Of a stretch of 59,721 nucleotides of DNA, positions 34,679 to 46,700 are shown in pieces. The notes beneath the pieces are model-generated. The model made no database searches, was not told where the DNA came from, and saw only the letters and a program-made list of their open reading frames with translations. How positions within the stretch are numbered: position 1 is the stretch's first letter; the number at the start of each line of letters is the position of its first letter. This DNA is from Chara braunii (Eukaryota; Plantae; Charophyceae), in contig BFEA01000012.1 in assembly GCA_003427395.1 (NCBI GenBank), positions 3,768,753 through 3,828,473 of the forward strand, read 5' to 3'. Both the position numbers and the translations under genes were made by a program.

Positions 34679-37643
34679 CTACTTGAAGAACATGTCCTTA
34701 TTCGGGTTATATACGGGCTCGACGGTAACATGGTTGAAATCGCACTCGTAAGCCCCAGACTGGACTTCATGGGCAACAAACTGCATGGTGTATTCAAGTT
34801 GCGTTGAGTTCCCCTCCACCGCTAAGACACGCCTTCCGCTGTGAAGCAGATTCCACACCACCTGCGCGTGCAGCTTGCCAAGAAACAACACGGCATCCAC
34901 CACACCACAAAAGAAAAGAAGTTGACTGCATAACTGATTAGGATTGCTCTCGCAGTCCTTGTACACAGTCCCCCCCTGACTGAGGTTTCCAATGTCTGCG
35001 AAATTCAAAGACTTGAAAGGGTTCTCCACAACATCCGTAGGTGTCACTTTCTGTTTCCTCCGGAGAGCGGCAGTATCGTCTTCGGCAACAGCTCCCTCGT
35101 ACACTGGGTGAGTCAGTAGCTGCGGATCCTCGCCTTTGAAAAGGATGTGCATTACATCCGGCTTCTCCCACACGCTGTTACTGAACTGATGGGTCTTCTT
35201 CGTTGGCATCTTGCACACTTACTTCCCCGTGTAGCATCGGGTGGCCCTAAGCGCAGACAAAGATGTCATGAAGGAAAGGTTCCACAGGCAGGGAACGAAT
35301 ACCACCAATGTCCAGTAGTCCCAACTGCCATTTCGTCAAAATGGACATCTTTTATTTTTTAACAAAATTGAAATTGAGTTTTTTGGCCGAAAACTCGTCA
35401 AAATTTGTTGTTCCTGAGGGTCCGACGTTTGTAAGATGCTGGACCCCCTGGCTGTACATGGACCCAGCTTGAGACTAGGTACCTCCAGGCAGTCCTGCCT
35501 GGAGGTGCCTGGTCTCAAGCTTGGTCCATGTACAGCCAGGGGGTCCAGCGTTTTACAAACGGCGAACCCTCAGGAACAACTAATTTTGACGAGTTTTCGA
35601 CCAAAAAACTCAGTTTCAATTTCGTTCAAAAAAAAAAAAAAGTCAATTGTGACGAAATGGTCGTTTTTTGATAAACGAAGCCCAGGAACTCAGAGACGCG
35701 AATGCCCCCAAATCCCAGCGCGCCCGATCCACAGTTCCGCACAAGTCGAGCACGCAAGTGTGGGAGCGTAACTGATTCGTCAGTTTCCTTAGCGCGCCCT
35801 TATCATCCAAGGCATTCAATGGGTCGACGACAAACGTGGCTAGCGTCGTCACGACTCACGACGATTGTCTTCCTCCACAAAATGTTGATGCATTTATCAA
35901 TGCCTCGAGGACCTGTTTTGCTCTGCGCTCGCTCTCCAGTGATCACCGATAGGAAATGTTGGTCGTTCATGAGGGTCACAGTCTTCTTGACATTGATGTC
36001 ATGGGAGCACCCTAGATACTGAGGGTACTTGTTGACGTAGGTGGTGTCATTGAAAAACTTTCTGCTCTCGTTCCGAAGCTTGTCGTCAAGACCTTTGTCC
36101 GTGGACTCTTCAAACAATTTTTGAAGAACGAGGATTTGACATTCCACTCCTCCTTACCCATTTCCTCGTACTCGAACTCCACGCAGTGTCACAGCCTGAG
36201 CATAATCCGATCGATTTTTATTATGTCGACCATCTCCTTGACATTGAACTTCCCCTGCTCGACCAACTTCTTGCTACTCGTTTGAACCCACAGGACGGTA
36301 AGGTTCAAGACGCCCTGCAACAACCTTCTCTTCTCGTCGTCCGTCAAGTCTGCCAATTCCTTCCAGCAGTGGACATCAGGCTCAGGAACTTGGACGTAGT
36401 AAGTTTTCTCCTCCGCACCTTTCTTTGGCTTGCCCTTGCCCTTCTTCAACGATGGGTCGTCCACCTTAACGTACCAGACGTGTTTTTTCAGTCCCTGGTT
36501 GTCAGTCACAGTCGATAGTCCTGGCTTGGCCACCTCCGCATGGGTCGGTGACTTTTCAGTCCAACGCTGACCGTCGAAAGCCATAAGTTTTCCTTTCGAC
36601 CATTAGTCGTAGACCTTCTCCGCCAACTCGAAGACCGACTCGTCAGCCATGGCCAGTGGGAGGTAGTACCGAAGTTTCTCGGCCCATTCCTTTTTCTTCT
36701 TTTCTTCCATTGACAAGCCCCACAAAGGGGTGTACGGTGTCTTCTTCATTGCTAAGCCCATGATCTGAGTCCACTTACGCACCTCCTCCTTTTTCTTGGA
36801 CGCATTACCGAGGATGACACGCGGTCTCCCCTGAATTTTCCAGATATTGCGAATGTCCTGCATGGACAAAATCTGCAACCTCGGTGAATTATTCTTGTCT
36901 TTCAGGTTGTCTTCGCAACTGACATGGGCGTAGCCGTCGAACTCGTCATCTGGGAAGTAAATTGGTCTGAATGGCCATTCACAGAAGGTGTAGTAATTGA
37001 ACACGGTATGGTCTTTCACCTTCATTGCCGCTCTCGCGTTATGCTGACCACACACAGGATAATACCAATATTTCTCGGGGTGTGAGGCGTCGAAGTCTTG
37101 AGGCAGCACTCGCACAACAGGTTTGTCCTTCACCAGTGGCGTGACGATCGGTGCCAAAATGAAAGTCGACTTTGTATATCTCATGTCTTGACGTTCGTAG
37201 TAGTCGATCACAGCATCCTCGATGGTATCCACGAGGAACTCGTCCAAGGATCGGTGGTTGTATGCGTCTTCCAAGTCTGGAATATGCAAGATTTTTTCGG
37301 GATGGACATGCAACACAACGTCCTTTTGCACCCCCGTCTTCATCTCCAGGAAGAACACTTTGTCGAGGTTAAATGTATTTAGGTTCAGTTCCATGCCATC
37401 ATCCCCCTCCCCGGTGTCGCCCTCATCTGCTTTCTTCTCCTTCGTCGACTTCAACCTCTTCGCGGAGGACTCACCGGTTCTTCGCCATGTCGAGGAGTCT
37501 TTCAGCGTATTATCCCCCCCTCCAACCCTTTTCCTCTTCTCAACGGAACCGCGCTCTTTTGTCGTCGACGTCCGACCACTTCCTCCTTCCCTTCTTTGCC
37601 TTTTCAGGGTCGCTCCTCCCCCCCGCACTTCGTCAACCGGCAA
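34679..37643 (-). pseudogene. ParB/Srx-like domain followed by a divergent beta-class N4C/N6A DNA methyltransferase fold
   Basis: YNHRSLDEFLVDTI..YPVCGQHNARAA is ParB-like (GxHR..A). Then CVLDLCG, WTLVVF, GK*VCK..HILFKG, NPNQL..LLFFC..DAVLFLGK, GRRVLAVE follow the beta-class motif order IV-VIII, X, I, II. Broken by stops and a palindromic insert. Confidence 0.6.
35328..35660. mobile_element. Near-perfect 333-bp palindrome (foldback/MITE-like) inserted in the MTase-like region
   Basis: CCATTTCGTCA..GGAGG-arm symmetric about GGCAG-TC-CTGCC (35493-35494)..TGACGAAATGG. The ORF track gives near-identical peptides on both strands. Confidence 0.9.
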
Positions 37644-38217
37644 ATTGCGCTTGCCTCATGACTGAGTCATTTCAGGCGAGCTTTGTCGAATTGCCCCCAA
37701 CTCGAGTAGCTCCTCGTCACCGGCGACGTTGCCACCTACCTCTCGTTAAGGGCCCACCTCCGTCTGCAGCTGTATAGGAGCAGGGCGGCCCGACCGAGTC
37801 GTCTCGTCCACCCCACACACCTCTCCAACCTGCGAGCTACCCGGTCGAACGCCCGTCTACTCGACCACCTTTCTGCCACGAACCAAATCACCGATCATGT
37901 CTACGAGGCGACGGGGAGACTTCGATCCCGAGGCCTTTTCCAACCATTCGCAACCCCGCCACCAAGCAACGTCGGAAATGGCGACTCCCCAAGCAAACCT
38001 TCGCGGCGAGATCCCTGCAAGCCGGGTTTCAAAGGCGCACACGCACGCTCGTCCTCCGAGTCATCCGACAAGCCCACTGGCGGATCATGAGGCGTACCTG
38101 CAGTCCACACTCCCCTCCCACACCTTCGCCAAAACGGTATCCTCCCACGAACCCAACAGGACCACTTATCGATGTCCCAGGGTCCACGTCTATGCCATGG
38201 CTAGGGCCAACTGTACC

Positions 38218-38733
38218 TTACCAAACCTCGAGGAAGTCTTTCACGTGAACGGCTTCGTCGTGGCTTGGTGCTAACGGGACGAAGAAGGGCAAAGCCATCA
38301 CACTCTCGCCGTACCCCCCGAACATCTTCCCAGAAACCTTGCATCCTTTTGCCGGTTCGTCAACGGACCAATCACTTTGGTACAGCTTCCGCAAGGTAAA
38401 CCGTATAATGTCATCGCCTTCGTCAGCCCACTCGACGATGGACCCTGCGAGACTCGTCGTATTGCCGCGACCGACGAGGAACAAGACTGACCCGCATCGA
38501 GGTTTCACTGGGTTGGAGGCATCCTGACAGGCCCAGTCCACATACCAGACACGCTTGTTGTAGTCGCACCACAAGTTTTGAGCCCTTCTTTGTTCCTCCC
38601 CACCGAGACCTCCCCGACTAGTAGCCCTGACCGGTGTCAACGTCGTCCTTCGAGGTTCTTCCCCCAGCGGGGCGGAACCACCAGGTGAGTGGGCTTCTCC
38701 GTGAGTATCAATTCCCCGAAACACGCGAAGCAA
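38218..38733 (-). CDS. Hypothetical globular protein segment upstream of the ParB-like ORF, probably part of the same decayed gene
   Basis: 171-aa ORF with protein-like composition, on the same strand and immediately 5' of the ParB-like ORF. Confidence 0.45.
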   Translation of the reverse strand: MLRVFRGIDTHGEAHSPGGSAPLGEEPRRTTLTPVRATSRGGLGGEEQRRAQNLWCDYNKRVWYVDWACQDASNPVKPRCGSVLFLVGRGNTTSLAGSIVEWADEGDDIIRFTLRKLYQSDWSVDEPAKGCKVSGKMFGGYGESVMALPFFVPLAPSHDEAVHVKDFLEVW

Positions 38734-39620
38734 TTGAACACACGTCTACTCAGCACACCCAACACACACAAGACAGAGCGATCGAGAACTTGAGCACGTC
38801 CTAACATAAACCTCGACCCACAGCACCTACGATGACCACCATCCATCGGGACCTGAAAGACGTGAAGTTCAGTGATGGTTCGATGTCAGTGGACCACGGG
38901 CCTGATCATGAAGGAGGGCAACTGCCAGTTTCGGATTAATCTGAACCATGGACAAGGCTAGGCATTTCCAGAGAGAAAGATCGGGCAAGTGAACTCGTCA
39001 TCATCACACTTCTCTTCACAGAATGCAAGGTCGCACAGGAACACAAATTGCCAAAGGAGCGTTCTGCCGGCAGAACGACGGCTTAAAGGCACAATGACAG
39101 GAGGCAAGACGTCTTGAGGAAAGCTTGTCTATGCGAGAAATCGAAAATCATGTGACTCATGTCTATTCATTTAGAAAGACGCATGATCGAGCAGGAAGAA
39201 AACTCATTGTAGAAGAAGATCGTCAGAAGGTCCGACTGCATCCGAAATTGACAGGGGTGTTCAGTGGTACGGCTGAGTTGCGTGAACAGATTACCAAACC
39301 GTTGATTCGGATGGATCTGAACCTGACAGCAGGGCAAGGTCGACGTTGTATTTCTTCGTCATTCGTATCGACCGGAGTCGGGAGTCCAAGAATACGTCAC
39401 AATTCCCCAGGGCGCCGGACCATCTGATATGCCTCAATTTTTTTTCTTTTTTTTTTTACCCTCGGATGTATTTTGACGGTACTTTACGATGAGATACATC
39501 AGATGGTCCGGAGTCCGCAGAACGTGGGACCATCAATGGTCCGATGTCGTGGGCACAAAAACACACTAAAAAACTCAGTTTTTTCTTGGATGCCCGATTT
39601 TGTGAAAATAGTAAAAAATG

Positions 39621-40002
39621 CTAGGTTACCTAATCGAAAGTCCGGGACCCCCCTGACTGTCCGGGGTTGTCTGCTCGGACAACCGGTCAGACATCCTCCC
39701 TTGGCAGACTGTCCGAGTCCGAACGACAAAAAAAAAAAAAAAGAAAAAAAAAAAGGTCATCAAAAAAATCTTAAAAAAACCTATTTTATGCATAAACATA
39801 AACTGAACAACTTTTGCCTTGGGATCATATCAAAATTCGTTGTCAATTTTAAAATAAAAAATATAATTAAAGGCACCCCCAATTTTTTGTTTATTTTTTC
39901 GTGCATTTAATTGCTAGAAATGGAGTTGTCCGGGCCCATACGTCCGGGACCCCCCTGACTGTCCGGCCAGGACGTCTTGCCATCGGACAACTGGTAACAT
40001 AG
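39621..40002. mobile_element. hAT-like MITE, copy 2
   Basis: Termini CTAGGTTACC..GGTAACATAG and an 8-bp TSD AAAAAATG (39613-39620, 40003-40010). Internal homology to 17188-17554 (GTCCGGGACCCC, CAACTTTTGCCTTGG). Confidence 0.9.
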
Positions 40003-40069
40003 AAAAAATGTCAATTTTAACGAAATGCTAGTTCTGTTTTTTTTTTTCCTTGTTTTTTTTTTCTTTTTC

Positions 40070-40082
40070 ATTGGTTGATTGG

Positions 40083-40139
<57 letters not shown>

Positions 40140-40182
40140 GGGGAAGGAGTCGCCCTTCCCCTGCGAGCACACACACACACAC

Positions 40183-40231
<49 letters not shown>

Positions 40232-40654
40232 CGCGCGCACGTATGGGTCCAACCCACTGTTTTTTTTTTTGCTTTTTTTTTTTNNNNNNNNNNNNNNNNN
40301 NNNNNNNNNNNNNNNNNNNNNNNNNNNNNNNNNNNNNNNNNNNNNNNNNNNNNNNNNNNNNNNNNNNNNNNNNNNNNNNNNNNNNNNNNNNNNNNNNNNN
40401 NNNNNNNNNNNNNNNNNNNNNNNNNNNNNNNNNNNNNNNNNNNNNNNNNNNNNNNNNNNNNNNNNNNNNNNNNNNNNNNNNNNNNNNNNNNNNNNNNNNN
40501 NNNNNNNNNNNNNNNNNNNNNNNNNNNNNNNNNNNNNNNNNNNNNNNNNNNNNNNNNNNNNNNNNNNNNNNNNNNNNNNNNNNNNNNNNNNNNNNNNNNN
40601 NNNNNNNNNNNNNNNNNNNNNNNNNNNNNNNNNNNNNNNNNNNNNNNNNNNNNN
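40070..40654. repeat. (GATT)n and (CA)n microsatellites, followed by an assembly gap (40284-40654)
   Basis: Visible directly. Confidence 0.95.
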
Positions 40655-41827
40655 TTGATTGTTTGGGTTACTACATAGGGCTATTCATTTTTTTTTTTTT
40701 TTTTTTTTTTTGAAAAACACTTCATAATCCAAAAACAAAAATATTGGGTTGTAGGTATTTTCAAACCCTACAACCCCATATATATATATATATATATTTG
40801 GTATTTATTTAATAGGAAAAACAAATATTACAAAATCGGGACCGCGCCCTCCAGCCCGCAGCCGACCTCAGCGATCGAGATCCAGACTGTGGGCCGAGAT
40901 TGACCCCGCGGTCATGACCGCGGGGGATTCATAGGATAAGATCGTGCGTCGTCGACAATACCCTCTGAAGTTTAGATAAATCCGAACTTAACAGCGTATG
41001 TTCAAGATTTTTTGTTATTGCCATTCGGATTGATCCGATCGTTCGTGCATTCGACTGACCTTTGACCTCGAGTGGTGACGGGAAACACTTTGTCGATAAC
41101 GGGAAGGGAAATGTGAAGTACGTCGTGCATTTTTTAGCGTAAACCCTATCTTACGATGAGCGAAACACGACAAAACAGAACGAGTTGTGTCATCATCACA
41201 TATGAGTTGTTGTCCTCGCCCATTGCCACGCCAGCGAAGAATTCCGCTCATGTTCGTGCGGCGATTGACTAACGGGTCGTTTGATAGGGTTTAATGAATT
41301 GCAAACAAAAACAGTCGCTTCATCAAATTTGAAATGTTTCATTGTATGTGCAATCACGGATCTCCTGTTCTGAATACTAACACGAAATAGAGAACGACAA
41401 GAAGACGAGTAGACATGAAAGTGAGACAGAGAGAGATAGAGAGAGGCTCTTTCGCTCTCTCCTCTCTCTCTCTTGCCCTTTCTTGTTTTCTTGAAATTTT
41501 TGTTCCGCATTTCGAGTCGTACATGAAATCTTCATTCACTTCAAGGGGACGCACGTTCTTCAACGTGTCATGTGATAGGACAGACCGAGGATGGTTGTGC
41601 ACGTGTCTGCAAAACTGCAAAAAAAACACGAGAGTTCAAAACAAATGTGCATGAACGACAGTTCAATTTTTTTTATCACAACGTCATCTGTATCCATCGA
41701 TTGCAATTCGGGTTGCCTACATCCATAGAAACGCCGCGATCATGAACAAGGACGACAACGTGATGACAAAGACAAGATTCGTCGTTCACTGCTAGTTTGA
41801 TCCCCGAGTGCGAAGATAAAAAAAATT

Positions 41828-42234
41828 AACGAAGCTAGGAGAAAAACAAGGAAAAGATGTGCGAACACGAATAAGACGAACGAAAATGTTGAACGAAAAA
41901 AACGGACAGAAAAGACGAATGAACAAACCGATGAGTCGAACGAAAAAGTTAAACAAAGAAGACGAATGAAAAAGACGAAAAAATCTTCAAAGAAGAAGAA
42001 CATGCTCGAAGCGCGGAGTAAAACATGTGAATCCTGTTTTACTCCGCTCTTCGATCTTATTCTTCTTCTTTGCAAATCTTTTCGTTTATTTCATTCGTCT
42101 TCTTTGTTAAACTTCTACGCTCGTCTTATCGGCTCGTTCGTTTGTCTTTTACGTCCACCTTCCTTTTCTTTAACATTTTTGTTCATCTTATTCGTGTTAG
42201 CACATTTTGTCATAGTTTCTCTCCTAGCTTCGTT
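41828..42234. repeat. Imperfect inverted repeat, ~200-bp arms, 9-nt loop
   Basis: Outer pair AACGAAGCTAGGAG / CTCCTAGCTTCGTT. Inner pair GCGGAGTAAAACA-tgtgaatcc-TGTTTTACTCCGC. Confidence 0.88.
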
Positions 42235-42742
42235 CGTCTTTTTCTTCTTTGCAGACCTTTTCGCTCGTGTTCTTCTTCCATCTTCGTCTTCGTCGGTTGT
42301 CTGTCTCCATTCGTTCGTTTGTTTTTTGCGTGCGTCTATTTCGTCCGCCTTCTGTCGTCGAACTTTGTGTCGTTCCTCTTCCTTGTGTTAGGAGATCGAC
42401 ACTTGCGTTTGGTTGGACAAAAATATTCAGACACGACGCAAACAACTGACAAATGGAAGATAAAACTTCCTTCCATCACACGTCCTGATTCGTTGTTGAC
42501 CACTCGCCCCGATCACACGCCCCGGTCATCGCTTCCGTCACACGTCCCGGTTCGTTGGTGACCACTCGCACGCCCCGATCACACGCCCCAATCATACGCC
42601 CCGGTCATCGCTTCTGTCACACGCCCCGATCACATGCCCCAGTCACACGTCCCGACAACACGTCCTCAACATCTGTGGGCACGCTGATGGATGCGGGATG
42701 AAGCGCGCCTTTGCACGAACGCAGAATGACGAGTCTTTTTGA

Positions 42743-42794
<52 letters not shown>

Positions 42795-45700
42795 TACCTT
42801 TTTCGGCCTTCGATTAGAAGCGGTGCGGGATGACGACAGCGTTGACGACGTGGGTGCTGATCGCGACGTACAAAATGACGGTGCAGATCGCGACGTACAG
42901 GAGCGGGAGATGGCAACGCGAGAGATGGCGACGTGGGAGATGGGGACGTGGGAGATGGCGATGCAGAAGATGGCAACGCGAGGGATATGGCGACATGAGG
43001 GATATGGCGAAGGCAAGGAGGATACAGATACTGAAATGCTTGGCGACGTGATGGCTATGGCGATGGCAAGGGCGGATGGTACGGGAATGAGAGTTTAATT
43101 GTCCACTGTACGAGTTGGCGACACCTGCAATTGCCTGCGGCTACAGCGTTGTGGCGTGGATTTGCCGAATGGCTTATTCGAAAGGCGGATGCATCCGTGT
43201 GGGCCCTGAAAAAAAAAGGTGGGCGGAAAAGTTTCCGCCAGCCGGTTAATCGCGGTCGTCGAATGAGCGAGATCTGGCGGTTGGAACTGACCAGTCGTCT
43301 CGAAATCACGGGCCACCCTCCCGTAATGGTTACAAAAAAAGATGATTTCCAGATTGGACGGTCCGCGAAAAATAAAGGCCCACCTGACGCACCTCGCTGA
43401 CAAAACGGCCCCCACCCCGACTCTCCGCTAGGACTGCCCGTATGGCAGCCAGCGCAACCCCCCCTCCCCCCTCCCCCCTTAGCCATCGTGCCACAAAGCC
43501 GCCCCTCGTGGTTGTCAACCACATCGCCAAAAGACGCCCGCCATCATATCGCAGGCCACCACAACTTTTAGGTCGTCGTTCTTCCATGAACTCGTCGTTA
43601 GCGGGGGGCACTTCCGTGAACGGCACATGAGGTACGACTTTGCGTGTGAACGCGCTCGCGCTTGGCTCTTCTTACATGCGTTTGAGGTGTTTATCGGGCC
43701 TACGTCCTCTACTCAGCCCACTAACTCTTCCAAGGCCCGACGTCTTCTCGTCGCCCATCCACATCTTCTTCTACCCTAATTTCCGGTTCAACTTTCCCCA
43801 CCTTTGTGAAGAGATCGGAACACAGTGCTCCGTCACATTCCCCACCATTTACACGTCAGTCCGCGATCTTGACAATGCCAAAACCAATCGCCATGCGACG
43901 TTATACACACGTCAGATATGTTCGCCATGTGCGTCCACTGATCGCAACCACGAAAACCGCGAGTTATTGACATATGCTGACGTCATCATCCTCTTCATGA
44001 CGTCTGCATATGGCACTAGCTTGCGGCTTTCGCGGTTAAGATCGCTAGACGTGCCTGACGAACACATCTTGGGCGTGGACGACGTCGCAGGGCCATTGAT
44101 CTTGATGTCCTCAAGATCGCGTGACGATCCGCTTGTTGATCATGTCTGCCTATCACCTGTCTTGACATTTGTCGGATCTTCTGCCGATCGACTTGGTGAT
44201 CCCATATGCCTATCATCGGAACGCTGCGCGCCCAACTCTCACAACACATGCAACTTCCATGAATATTTGCCACGCGTCAAACTTCTTTTTTGGGTAGACC
44301 CACCTCGCACCGCCAAGACCCATCGCCCCGTCCCCGGACGTCACACACCTCACGCGCACCGGCGACATTTCGCGAAGACTCATTGCGCACGTCCAAGAAG
44401 AACGTTCCATCACACACCCACACCATCCTCAGAGCACCGCCATTCATGCAGTATCCCATCGCGAACACCAATATCGAGCGTCGTGCATCGTAACGTCCAT
44501 ACCCAATGTCCGCGCAGTGGACGCTTCGTAGATTGGATTGGAGAGTTGCGCCATCAAATTGAAACAAAGGGAAAGGAAAAGTCACAATGACACTACAACT
44601 TAAGGTCACCTATTCACTTCAGGCGAAAATAGCGAACTGTCTCGAGGATCGGACTCGACACGCGAGTCGAATTCCTCTGCAACCGCCACGAAGGCACATT
44701 GAGGGCACACCATGGGTGATGGCCTGCGAAAGTGATATGTCGAGCAACAAGGCACTGCTTGTACAACCCACCAGATCGCCACAATTGCGCATCCGCGAGA
44801 ACGTCATAACCACACCATAACTTCAAACTTACCCATCAAACTAGTCTTCACGAAACCTGGAGTACTTCTAGCTAGAGCAACACTACACGACGTGGAGGCT
44901 ACATCGCGAAGTCATTCGAATATGCTACACTCTGACGTGGACATGGTACGCGCAGACGACGGCAAAAAACGTCGCTAAACTACATCCATCGAAACCGCGT
45001 GTTCACTTCTTTGTTGAATGAAGACATTAATCGAATCATAGAATGATCAGATCTCAATCCCCGATGACTACATTTCGATCCGGATTAATCAGAGCCATGT
45101 TTTTCGGACGTACTGAGGGGGGCGTGGGGGTCGGGTATGGGAGCGGGAGGGTGGAAGGGTGTCGTGGGGAGGGGGGCGCATCGGGAACCCTCCGGGGGAA
45201 CCTGGCTGGAAGGTCTGACAGAAAGGGGCCATCGACTTCCACTTAACGAACTTTCAAAACATGATATGGGATTTTCGAAATTCGCAGCTCCCCCCTCTGC
45301 TCCTTCCTTTTTCTTTGGTTCAGATGTATCCGAACTACAACCGATGATGAGCACGGGCTGGCAATCTCGGCTGTTGTGCGTATTTTTTTCTTGTCGAAGG
45401 GGGAAGGCAATCATCTCACAGAAAGGTTGTGCATATTTTATTCTTGTCGAAGGGGGAAGGCAATCATCTCACAGGACGTTTTACTTTCGCCTCATCCAAA
45501 ACTTTTGATGTAGTTCGGATGAATCTGAATCACATCACTCGGTGCGGCGAGACGTCTCAGCCGGAACGGGTAACGAGGGACAGGGCATCAACTTTCGATG
45601 AAGGAATTCGTAAATTATGAAATCATCCATCCGAACTAGGCTCAGATGAATCCGAACCACATCCCTCCCAACGAAGCTAAGTCTCATGGGGAACGGATAA

Positions 45701-46529
45701 CGACGGGACAGGGCATCGACTTCCAATTAACATCTCGACAAATTATGAATCGGATGCATCCGAACTAGGCTTCTTGACATGAAATTGAACTTTGAAAAAT
45801 CGCAGCACGGAACAGACGTGGAGAACGGAATTCTTTCTGCGTGCTCCCCTCTGCTTCTTCCTTCTTATTAGGTTCGAATGTATCCAAACCACAACCCAAG
45901 ACGAGCACGGGATGGTACTCTCGGTTGTTGTGCATAATTTTTTTGTGTCGAAGGGACGTTGTAAGGACCGGTGGGTCCCGAATAACATCCCGTCACTCGA
46001 GAGTCTGTATATAGCCAAATTGTGTACAACAGAGAAATCTGGAGTAAGGAGGCAAGAAAAAGAAGAGACAAAGGACTAGGCCACCGGAAGGAGTGATGCC
46101 CTGGGTTGAGAACCGCAGGTGGAAAAAACCGGCGACGACAAGGAAGTAAGCGTGAGGACATGGGCGCATACGAACATAGCATGAGGCCAAGAGGGCTACT
46201 GGAATTCAGCAAGACTAAGGCCGAGGGGCATTGACTTTGCAAACATGGCACGACAAGCGACAAGAGAATAGGGGAGCCGAGAGGTGGGCGGCCCCGGTCG
46301 CGGTGAGACGCTAGAAAATAAGGGCCCAACATGAGGGGCGCCTACGACAGTTAACGGGAGCCTCAGATTGGAGGTCCCACGGCCGGAGAAACCGGCGCAC
46401 ACAAGGCCCAAGAAAAAACACGGGAAAGGGGTCGTCGTAGGCCGGTAGACGCCCAAAGAACGTGGGACACCTTGAGGGAAGGCACTAGGGACCACGTGAG
46501 ATCAAGTAAAAATAACGATATTCGGGATA

Positions 46530-46700
46530 AAATATGTCAGGGGCCACAGGCAGGACAAAGTGTCGGGGACCACCGGCAAGATAAAGTGTTGGGGACCATC
46601 GGCGGGATAAAGTGTCGGGGACCAACGGCGGGACAAAGTGTCGGGGACCACCGGCGGGACGAAGCATCGGGGACCACCAACGGTACAAGTAGCGGGGACA
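46530..46700. repeat. 26-bp minisatellite x ~6
   Basis: AAAGTGTCGGGGACCACCGGCGGGAC-type units at 46557, 46583, 46609, 46635 and 46661. Confidence 0.9.

Noticed and set aside
43640-44590. 316-aa ORF
   Set aside because: Non-ATG start and no recognisable motif. It cannot be supported as a gene.
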